DNA of 32,000 nucleotides. Origin: Nitrososphaerota archaeon (GTDB lineage: Archaea > Thermoproteota > Nitrososphaeria > Nitrososphaerales > UBA57). Within the stretch, counting starts at the first letter, position 1, and the number at the start of each line of letters is the position of its first letter. Shown piece after piece: positions 9,850 through 17,703 of this stretch. The stretch covers positions 26,143 through 58,142 of the forward strand of contig PAVW01000011.1 of assembly GCA_002713205.1 (NCBI GenBank), read 5' to 3'. The notes under the pieces are model-generated. The model did no database searches, was not told where the DNA came from, and was given only the letters and a program-made list of their open reading frames with translations. Position numbers and translations under genes: made by a program.

Positions 9850-9873
9850 GCCTGCAAATGATATATTTAGCAT

Positions 9874-10764
9874 ATGATTGGTACTTCAACATCTTTCTAT
9901 GGTTATGGTGATAAATCAATAGAAATTAAAATTGAAAAATTGATTAATATTTTTTCTGAATGCGGGATAACTCCATATATCCAAATAGGAGCAGGAAAAT
10001 CGAATATGGAATATAATAAATTAATCAAAACTCTCAATAGATTTAGAAAAGAATCTGGAGTAATATTCACAATTCATCAAAGTATTTGGTTGCCATCTGA
10101 TGATTTTTATATTAATATTGCTAGTTCTGATGAAAAAATAAGAGATGCCAGTATGAAATGTATAAAAAATAACATAGATTTTGCTAAAGATATAGAGGCA
10201 AAAAATGTATCATTTCATGGAGGCTATGCAACAAAAATATTAACGCAATTAAAAGAATTTGCACCGTTAACAGCACATGCCCAAGTTAGTTATGAAGAAG
10301 CGTACAATAATTCAAATGAATCATTAAAAGAATTAAAAGACTATGCGAAAAATGACATTCAATTAAGTATTGAGAATTTCAATTATAGACCTGAAAGAAG
10401 ATATATGTTTTCACGTGTTAATGATTTCAAGAATCTCCCAACAGGAATTGGAATAATATTGAACGTAGGACATTTATATTACACAGAAAAGAGGATAAAA
10501 GACAATAATTATATAAAAAAAATGATCGATGTATTGAAAGACAGGGTCTATGAAATGCATCTAAATGACAATGATGGTACAGAGGATCTTCACATGTTAA
10601 TTGGAGATGGAAACATACCAATAAAAGAGATAATAAAACATGTGTCCCAAGATAAAGAGATGCCTCATCTCATTATCGAGGCGCATAAAACTCGTCATAA
10701 ATATTCAGATAATGATCTGAAAAACAACATAATAAAATTAAAAAATATTGTCAAAGATATTTAA
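9874..10764 (+). CDS. xylose-isomerase-like TIM-barrel protein (sugar phosphate isomerase/epimerase family)
   Basis: 296 aa. Family-typical metal and active-site strands: VSFHGGY, LSIENFN, LNVGHLY, EMHLNDNDG...H. Confidence 0.65.
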   Translation: MIGTSTSFYGYGDKSIEIKIEKLINIFSECGITPYIQIGAGKSNMEYNKLIKTLNRFRKESGVIFTIHQSIWLPSDDFYINIASSDEKIRDASMKCIKNNIDFAKDIEAKNVSFHGGYATKILTQLKEFAPLTAHAQVSYEEAYNNSNESLKELKDYAKNDIQLSIENFNYRPERRYMFSRVNDFKNLPTGIGIILNVGHLYYTEKRIKDNNYIKKMIDVLKDRVYEMHLNDNDGTEDLHMLIGDGNIPIKEIIKHVSQDKEMPHLIIEAHKTRHKYSDNDLKNNIIKLKNIVKDI

Positions 10765-12483
10765 TCATATAGTTTCATATGTGATATGATCAATTTTTTG
10801 AATCATTTTTTTACCAAAAATACCCCAACCGTCAAAAAATAAAGATGGTTTATTAGTTTTAGATAGAAGATGATAAATATCAAAATTTGAATAGGATACA
10901 TGATTATTCATAATCAATATACAATCAGCATCTTTGAAACCGGTTTCAAGATCAACTGGAATTACATTAAATTGTAACAAATCATTTTGATTCAAGACTG
11001 GATCATATCCAAATATATTCTTGGTGAGCTGACTAAGATTATTTGTAACGTCAAGAGTAGATGATTGTCTAGTATCAGAAGTTTCAGGATTTCCTTTAAA
11101 GGCAAAACCAATAACAAATATTTTCATTTGAGATAAATCCTTACCAGAAATTTTGGAGAAACGTTCAATTTTTGAAATTATATAACTTGACATATTTTCG
11201 TTGATATAACGTGCTGTTTCTGTAAGTTTTGGAACATATCCTTTTTTCTTGGAGCTAGATATTAAGAGATAGGGATCTTTTTTTAAACACACACCACCAA
11301 CACCTGGACTAGGTTTAGGAATACGATTACGGGGATAACCTTCATTAGCAGCTTGGATTATTTTTGATGTATCGAGATCATATTTATCAGCAATTTGAGC
11401 AATTTGATTAGAATAAGCAAAAGTAAGATCACGAAAAGTATTATCCATTAATTTAATCAATTCCGCTTCTTCTAGATGTTCAACATTTACAATGGTATGA
11501 GTAAGTTTTTTGAATATACTAGTTGCTAAATCAGAACTAAAGGAATCAAGGCCTGCAACAATCTGCGGGAGTTCTCTAATTTCCTTAAGCGCTTGTCCAG
11601 CAACAGTACGCTCAGGAGCACAAGCTAAATTGAAATCTTGTCCAGGGGATAAACCAGATATATTTTTCAATATAGGCATGACAATATTACGCGTTGTCCC
11701 AATAGGAACAGTAGATCGAACTATTACAAGATCATTTTTAGATATATTTTTTGCTATGTATTCAGTGGCTTTTTCTAAATATTGAGTAATAGGTTCATTA
11801 TTATCATCTATTGGAGTTTGAACACACAATATATGAATGTCCGCAGATACCGATTCAGAATTAGATTGAATAATTAAATTTTTTCCAAGATGGAATTTAA
11901 GTAATGAATCCAATCCAACTTCATGTATATGTGGCAAACCGTCATTTAATTTTTCTATAATGTCTTTATCGGAATCGATTCCAATGACCTTAAAACCTAC
12001 ATTAGCTAAAGAAACAGCTAATGTTAGTCCAACATATCCAAGACCAATAACTGAGATTGATTTCAGGTTATTTTTATTAATTACGTCCGAATAATCGATA
12101 ATATCAATAACTTGATTTTTATTATCAAGAATTAAAATATTTTTAATATTAGTTTTATGGGTTTTATTTTTATACAGTTCAGTGAGTTTTTTATTCAACA
12201 TAACACTTTTTTCCTGAGATGATAAATTATTGTTTAGAGTAATAGGATTAGTATTCATTATTGAATTAATTTTACCATCGAGATTAGAACCGTGTAGTAA
12301 TGCACGTCTTATATCACCATCAGTAATTACACCCAACAAGGAATTAGAATCATCTACAACAATAGCAATCCCAGATGGTAAATTATAATGAGGTGCTTTA
12401 TTTATGAGTTCAAGAGCTTTTGCAATAGTATAATCACGGTTTACAAAAAGTCTTTCAATATCTATCAATACACATACACTCAA
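10765..12483 (-). CDS. CBS-pair domain fused to a UDP-glucose/GDP-mannose-family nucleotide-sugar 6-dehydrogenase
   Basis: 572 aa. A CBS pair lies at aa ~12-134 (VITDGDIRRAL...). It is followed by the Rossmann motif ISVIGLGYVGLTLAVSLA and the catalytic Cys motif GVGGVCLKKD. TTG start. Confidence 0.8.
   Translation of the reverse strand: MSVCVLIDIERLFVNRDYTIAKALELINKAPHYNLPSGIAIVVDDSNSLLGVITDGDIRRALLHGSNLDGKINSIMNTNPITLNNNLSSQEKSVMLNKKLTELYKNKTHKTNIKNILILDNKNQVIDIIDYSDVINKNNLKSISVIGLGYVGLTLAVSLANVGFKVIGIDSDKDIIEKLNDGLPHIHEVGLDSLLKFHLGKNLIIQSNSESVSADIHILCVQTPIDDNNEPITQYLEKATEYIAKNISKNDLVIVRSTVPIGTTRNIVMPILKNISGLSPGQDFNLACAPERTVAGQALKEIRELPQIVAGLDSFSSDLATSIFKKLTHTIVNVEHLEEAELIKLMDNTFRDLTFAYSNQIAQIADKYDLDTSKIIQAANEGYPRNRIPKPSPGVGGVCLKKDPYLLISSSKKKGYVPKLTETARYINENMSSYIISKIERFSKISGKDLSQMKIFVIGFAFKGNPETSDTRQSSTLDVTNNLSQLTKNIFGYDPVLNQNDLLQFNVIPVDLETGFKDADCILIMNNHVSYSNFDIYHLLSKTNKPSLFFDGWGIFGKKMIQKIDHITYETI
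12082..12450 (-). other. CBS-pair regulatory module of the dehydrogenase (aa ~12-134)
   Basis: Two CBS-like repeats are read from the translation. The boundaries are approximate. Confidence 0.55.
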
Positions 12484-12484
12484 A

Positions 12485-13954
12485 TTATCTATTATAATCT
12501 ATTTTCTCATTAACAAAATCAACTATATATTTTAGCAGGCGTTCAGAAGATTGTCCATCAATTTTATAGCATTGAGATTCTACAATTCGAGCGCGTCCAT
12601 CGAAATCTAAACCTGGGTTGTCAAGATAATCATTAATATTAGTTAATAATTCTTTAGACGATCGAGCAATTTTAACGCCATTAGAATTCAATAAATGCAT
12701 ATAATGAGAATATTGAAAATGTCTTTTAACAGACTTGAAAGAATTAATATCTTGGTCAGTATCAAATGCAATATTAATCACAGGTGTGTCAAAGATACAC
12801 GATTCAATAGTTATAGTAGAAGCAATATTAATCATAACATCCGAATGAAAAAGAGTATTACTTAGAAGTCCATAATCTTCTATATCAGATTTCCAGTGAT
12901 ATCCAGAATCTATAAATTCATTAGATGATTTGCCAGGAATTTGAAGAAATACATCAGGTTTTTCTATAACATTCTGGAAATCAGAAGTACTACGACGTGG
13001 ATGAACACGTAATAACAACTGACACGGCTTATGTAATTTATTTTCTTCAATAGCAGTCTGGATTATTTCTACAATATTTGGTTCAATATCAGATAACTGT
13101 TTAGTTCCTGTCGCATAGACAATAATATTTTTATCAGGATTACCACCAAATGATTGAATGAATTTTTTTCTATCTCGAATCAATGAATTATCATGATGTA
13201 AATCAAATTGAGGAACACCACAAATTTTAACTTGTGATGATTTATAATTCAGAAATTCTATTGCTTCATTTTGCATTATTTTATTCCAAACTATTAATTG
13301 ATCAAACTTAACTGGAACTTCCCATTTTGACGTTAAATTATCCCAACTAGGAACATATGCAATCATCGGAATATTCATTTTTTTACCACGACGAACGACA
13401 GGATATGTATAAAACGAAAAAGGATATGTGACAAAAATAACTTGCGGATTATATGTATCAAAGATTTCTTTATAATTATTATCCAAAAACAGAGTCGAAT
13501 CAATCCATGCAAATAATGAATTAATAATATTACTTTTTGATAACGATTTGCCAATGAATTTTCTGAAAAGCGATAAAACGGGATGTTGATTATTAAATTG
13601 AGAAATTTTTAATTTTAATGTTTCAGAGTGATTTTTATCGTCGTCAGCGAAAACATAATTGCGTAGTAAACCAAATGCGATTTCAAATCGACTTCTTTGA
13701 TATTTTATCAGAGGTCGAACAATTATGTTAGGGTCTGATGAATTAATCATATTATCCTCGGCAAGAATTACAATTCGAAATCCAAAATTAGATATTGATT
13801 TGAGAATATCATCATTTATAATAGATTTCCAACCAATTCCATAAGGTAAAACTATCAAAATAGTATTATGTTTAGATTCGTCTTTCATATTCATAGTGCA
13901 TCGAAATAAATATTTAATAGTATAATTTGAAAAATAACTCAGGAAAAAATTCAT
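12485..13954 (-). CDS. unassigned GT-B-like protein (TagF/CDP-glycerol-phosphotransferase-like or capsule-type transferase)
   Basis: 489 aa. YVPSWDNLTSKW, LLLRVHPRRS and DVMINIASTITIESCIFDTPVINIAF loosely resemble the TagF-family motifs YAPTWR, HP and D..ITDYSS. The true start may be Met21 or Met23 (13894 or 13888). Confidence 0.4.
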   Translation of the reverse strand: MNFFLSYFSNYTIKYLFRCTMNMKDESKHNTILIVLPYGIGWKSIINDDILKSISNFGFRIVILAEDNMINSSDPNIIVRPLIKYQRSRFEIAFGLLRNYVFADDDKNHSETLKLKISQFNNQHPVLSLFRKFIGKSLSKSNIINSLFAWIDSTLFLDNNYKEIFDTYNPQVIFVTYPFSFYTYPVVRRGKKMNIPMIAYVPSWDNLTSKWEVPVKFDQLIVWNKIMQNEAIEFLNYKSSQVKICGVPQFDLHHDNSLIRDRKKFIQSFGGNPDKNIIVYATGTKQLSDIEPNIVEIIQTAIEENKLHKPCQLLLRVHPRRSTSDFQNVIEKPDVFLQIPGKSSNEFIDSGYHWKSDIEDYGLLSNTLFHSDVMINIASTITIESCIFDTPVINIAFDTDQDINSFKSVKRHFQYSHYMHLLNSNGVKIARSSKELLTNINDYLDNPGLDFDGRARIVESQCYKIDGQSSERLLKYIVDFVNEKIDYNR

Positions 13955-14042
13955 AAGAATTAATTAATAATAATATAAATACACATATTTTCAAGAATGA
14001 AATTATTCTAAACCTTAAGTAAAATGTATCGATAGATACTTT

Positions 14043-15392
14043 GTGAAAACAGAAGAAATAGAAGATCTTCCAAAAGACATCAGAACAGGGAAAAAAATCA
14101 TATCAGTGTATGGGATCGGATTTGTAGGAACTGCAATAACATCAGTGTGGCTTAGAGCAGGCGCAACAGTAATAGCAGTAGATAAAAATAATAAAATTGT
14201 AAATTCAATAAATGATAAAAAGATAGCAAATACAGAACCAAAAGCTAAAGAAGCATTCATAGAAGCAGTAAATAATAAAAAATTGTTTGGTACCAGAAAT
14301 ATTAAATTAGCGGCAAAAAAATCACAAATAAAAATAGTATCAGTTCCGGTAGGTATCAAAAATCATATTGCAGATTTAAGTAATGTGTATTCAGTAATAG
14401 ACGATATTACAATTAATCTAAATAGAAACGATATAATCATAATGACTCCAACAGTTCCAATAGGAACATCAAATCAATTGATAAAAAGAATGGAAAGTAA
14501 AACAAAAATGAAGGTTAATGAAGATTTTTTTTATATTTATTCACCAGAACGTATAGCAATAGGTCAAGCAATTGCAGATATTGAAAATAACTATCCAGCA
14601 ATTATATCAGGTGTTGGTAAAAAAAGTTTAAAAATTGCTAAAAAAATTTTTGGAATGATATCTAGTAAAAATCCCATAGTTATGACATCGACAAAAGCTG
14701 CCGAAGCAGAAAAATTAATAGAGGGACTTTATAGAGATGTGAATATTGCACTGGTAAATCAAATAGCAATATTATGTGAAAAAGAAGGAATTGATATTTG
14801 GGAAATTAGAAATGCTGCAAATTCACAACCATTTAGTAATCTACATAAAGCAGGAATTGGAGTAGGAGGATATTGCATTCCAATTTATCCACATTTATTA
14901 TTACAAACTGCAAAAAATAGAGGAATAAATCTAAATTTAGCCTCAATAAGTAGAGAAATCAACGAAGCAATGCCTGCACATTGTGTAAATAGAATACTTA
15001 AAGAATTAAAACAAACGAACAAAAAGAAAAAAGCAGCTATTTTAGGACTTGCATTTCGTGGAGATATTCCAGATAAAAGATTGTCACCAACTTATGATCT
15101 AGTTAATGAGTTGCTAGCAAATGATATTAAAGTAACCGTGCATGATCCATTTTTTGATAATGATTCATTACTTCCAAAGTCAGTAAAAGTTACTAAAAAT
15201 TTAAAAAAAGCAATTAGAAATGTAGATATCATAATAGTAGCAACAAACCATAATCAATATAACAAGCTGAACGATGAATTTGTTGTAAAAAATTCGAAGG
15301 CAAAAACAATTGTATTCGATGGAAGAGGCATATTAAATAGAAAAAATTTTACAAAGATAAAATTAATCACTATAGGTCAAAAAAATGATTAA
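14043..15392 (+). CDS. nucleotide-sugar 6-dehydrogenase (UDP-ManNAc/UDP-GlcNAc dehydrogenase-like)
   Basis: 449 aa with a GTG start. Rossmann motif ISVYGIGFVGTAITSVW, SPERIAIGQA, and the catalytic Cys in GIGVGGYCIPIYP. Confidence 0.85.
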   Translation: MKTEEIEDLPKDIRTGKKIISVYGIGFVGTAITSVWLRAGATVIAVDKNNKIVNSINDKKIANTEPKAKEAFIEAVNNKKLFGTRNIKLAAKKSQIKIVSVPVGIKNHIADLSNVYSVIDDITINLNRNDIIIMTPTVPIGTSNQLIKRMESKTKMKVNEDFFYIYSPERIAIGQAIADIENNYPAIISGVGKKSLKIAKKIFGMISSKNPIVMTSTKAAEAEKLIEGLYRDVNIALVNQIAILCEKEGIDIWEIRNAANSQPFSNLHKAGIGVGGYCIPIYPHLLLQTAKNRGINLNLASISREINEAMPAHCVNRILKELKQTNKKKKAAILGLAFRGDIPDKRLSPTYDLVNELLANDIKVTVHDPFFDNDSLLPKSVKVTKNLKKAIRNVDIIIVATNHNQYNKLNDEFVVKNSKAKTIVFDGRGILNRKNFTKIKLITIGQKND

Positions 15393-16078
15393 TGAAATTT
15401 TTTGAATTCTTTATTTGCTTCGTCAATATCTTTATGATTATCAATAGAACGCCATTTGTTATCTGAATATTTAATTGAAAACAATTGATTATTTGATGCA
15501 AGTTTAGGAAATACATCAGACTCCAGACTTCCAGATTCTGGAAGAAAATTGAAAATTTGAGATGAAATGCAATAAATTCCTGCGTTAATCCAACAGTCTC
15601 TTAATATTGGTTTTTCAGAAAATGTTTTAATTAAATTATGATCGTCTATTTCAACAATTCCAAATGGGCTTTGTAAAGGTACAACTGCCATAGTTGTGAT
15701 AATTGGCGTAATAGTTTGATGTATTAATTCATCTGGAACAATATCAGTCATAATATCACCATTAATTGTCAAAAAATTTTTTTCATCCTGAAGACTCTTC
15801 TGTGCATTTCGTAATGCGCCAGCAGTTCCAAGTGGTTCTTCCTCAATAGAATAATCAATTTTTACTCCAAATTTACTGCCATCTCCAATGTAATCCATAA
15901 TGGATTCTTGTCTATAACCTGTACAAAGTACAATTTCTTGAATTCCACAGGATTTAAGCCATAATATTTGCCATTCAATAATAGGAGAACCTAAAATGTT
16001 CACCATGGGTTTAGGTTTATCATCAGTTAATGGTCTTAATCTCTTCCCTTTTCCTCCTGCTAGAATAACTGATTTCAT
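15389..16078 (-). CDS. sugar-1-phosphate nucleotidyltransferase (NDP-sugar pyrophosphorylase)
   Basis: 229 aa. N-terminal signature MKSVILAGGKGKRLRPLTDDKPKPMV. Confidence 0.85.
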   Translation of the reverse strand: MKSVILAGGKGKRLRPLTDDKPKPMVNILGSPIIEWQILWLKSCGIQEIVLCTGYRQESIMDYIGDGSKFGVKIDYSIEEEPLGTAGALRNAQKSLQDEKNFLTINGDIMTDIVPDELIHQTITPIITTMAVVPLQSPFGIVEIDDHNLIKTFSEKPILRDCWINAGIYCISSQIFNFLPESGSLESDVFPKLASNNQLFSIKYSDNKWRSIDNHKDIDEANKEFKKFH

Positions 16079-16126
16079 TTTTTGTGATTATTGTTAATAA
16101 AAACTATAGTTTATCTTTTATCCAAA

Positions 16127-16134
16127 AAATATAT
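16127..16134 (+). promoter_or_regulatory. candidate TATA box for the HTH-CBS regulator gene
   Basis: AAATATAT lies 26-33 nt upstream of the ATG at 16160. Confidence 0.35.
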
Positions 16135-16159
16135 GTTTAAAGCAAGTCTGTAATATTGT

Positions 16160-16711
16160 ATGTTCGATATAGACGATATAGCCAGATTAAGAAAACAATT
16201 GGGTTTAACGCAGGCAGAGTTATCAGAATTATCTGGAATAAATCAATCATTAATTAATAGACTTGAATCAAAACAAATTGAACCGTCATATTCCAAAGTC
16301 AAAATATTAATTGAAACGCTCCAAAAACAAGAAAGGAGAAAATCAAGAACGTGTGGAGATATAGCATCAAAATCAGTATATAAAATTCAATCAAAATCTA
16401 CACTAAAAGAAGCTGCACGAATAATTCAGAAAAAAAATGTTTCGCAATTACCTGTTTTTGACGGAGAAGAAGTAATAGGAAGTTTATCAGAAAAAACAAT
16501 TCTACGTGTTCTTTCTGAGTCAGGTTCATCAGAAGAAGCTTTTAAAAAAATAATCGAAAATGTCATGGAGTCATCATTTCCAACAGTAGACAAAAATACA
16601 CCCATAGAATTATTATATCAAATATTAGAATTCTTTGACGCAGTTATTGTTATGAATAAAGCAAAAATCATAGGAATAATAACTAGAAGTGATTTATTTA
16701 AATTAAAATAA
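16160..16711 (+). CDS. XRE-type HTH + CBS-pair putative transcriptional regulator
   Basis: 183 aa. The HTH is LRKQLGLTQAELSELSGINQSLINRLE. It is followed by two CBS-like repeats (VSQLPVFDGEEVIGSLSE; AVIVMNKAKIIGIITRSD). Confidence 0.75.
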   Translation: MFDIDDIARLRKQLGLTQAELSELSGINQSLINRLESKQIEPSYSKVKILIETLQKQERRKSRTCGDIASKSVYKIQSKSTLKEAARIIQKKNVSQLPVFDGEEVIGSLSEKTILRVLSESGSSEEAFKKIIENVMESSFPTVDKNTPIELLYQILEFFDAVIVMNKAKIIGIITRSDLFKLK

Positions 16712-16762
16712 TTTCATAGGAAATATTTTTAATTAACCGCATTTAAAGAAAGTAAATAAGAA

Positions 16763-17695
16763 TTGATACAAAATTGGATTTCAGGAATATATTCTCGTAG
16801 CGAAACATTAATCGAAGCTACTAGAAGACAGGATAAAACTCTTCAACAATTATATGAAAATGAAAAAAGAAAACTGATTAAACGTCAAATAAAAAATAAA
16901 TTTGATTATATATCAGATCCATTAATTGATTGGGACGATCATATAAGACCATTTACAGATAATCTAAGAGGTGTAGAAAAGGGAGCATTAACAAGGTACT
17001 ATGAGAACAATACTTTCTATCGTCAACCAATAATCACAAACAAAATTACAACATCAGGTCAAATATTAAAAAATAATATTTGTTTTAATTTATTCCCAAA
17101 ACGAACAAAAATAAAAATAGATGTGTTAGATCCATTCACTCTATATGATTTATCAGTAAACGAATTTTATAAATCAGAAGAAGAATTAATTGGAGACTTT
17201 GGGAATATAATTAGAAAGGAATTACTTCGAATAAAAGATAATGTCAATTTAATTCAATTTAACGCACCTTCATTGGCAAGAGTACAAGAAAAAGAACAAT
17301 TAAATATGGTAAAAGAAGTAATGAACAAAGTAACAAAAAATCTTAATGTAACAACTTGTCTGAATTTATGGGGTTCAGATATATCAAATACAATAAATGA
17401 ATTTGTAAATTTTCCTGTAGATGTCATTGGTATAGATTTTATTACAACAAAAATTAACAAATGTGATCCTATTCCAATAAATAAGATGTTAGCATGTGGA
17501 TTGATAGATGCAAAAAATACAAAAATGGAAGAGAAAAAACAAATTATTCAAAAATTGAAAACAATCAGAAAACAATTTGGAGTAAAATCGATATCACTAA
17601 TACCAAGTTGGGATTTTGAATTTATTCCAGAGACATTTGCTAATAGAAAAATAGAGTTAATGAAATTAATTAAACAAGATATGAAGGAGAAGTAA
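16763..17695 (+). CDS. MetE-like (beta/alpha)8 barrel lacking zinc ligands (N-terminal-half equivalent of cobalamin-independent methionine synthase)
   Basis: 310 aa with a TTG start. It has overall MetE/URO-D-like features but no HxC or DCG zinc motifs. It lies immediately upstream of the catalytic-type paralogue. Confidence 0.55.
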   Translation: MIQNWISGIYSRSETLIEATRRQDKTLQQLYENEKRKLIKRQIKNKFDYISDPLIDWDDHIRPFTDNLRGVEKGALTRYYENNTFYRQPIITNKITTSGQILKNNICFNLFPKRTKIKIDVLDPFTLYDLSVNEFYKSEEELIGDFGNIIRKELLRIKDNVNLIQFNAPSLARVQEKEQLNMVKEVMNKVTKNLNVTTCLNLWGSDISNTINEFVNFPVDVIGIDFITTKINKCDPIPINKMLACGLIDAKNTKMEEKKQIIQKLKTIRKQFGVKSISLIPSWDFEFIPETFANRKIELMKLIKQDMKEK

Positions 17696-17703
17696 GAGTT
17701 TAT

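Noticed and set aside
1021-11785. Many 60-100 aa ORFs in the track that lie antisense or out of frame within larger genes (1021-1230, 1559-1795, 2480-2671, 5175-5477, 5405-5587, 6290-6478, 7154-7354, 7675-7887, 8973-9248, 10427-10621, 11510-11785)
   Set aside because: All are fully nested in longer ORFs with clear family motifs. None has its own recognisable motif or promoter-like context, so I treat them as statistical ORFs.
14015-14359. 114-aa minus-strand ORF overlapping the 5' end of the sugar dehydrogenase gene
   Set aside because: It lies antisense to a strongly supported gene (Rossmann motif on the plus strand). The sequence is low-complexity and hydrophobic, typical of the antisense frame of AT-rich coding DNA, and has no recognisable motif.
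2361-16078. larB, larC and larE cofactor-biosynthesis genes next to the LarA-like fusion
   Set aside because: None of the ORFs in or near the cluster has PurE-like (LarB), PP-loop ATPase (LarE) or LarC-like features. The genes may lie elsewhere in the genome, so their absence here neither supports nor refutes the fusion's activity.
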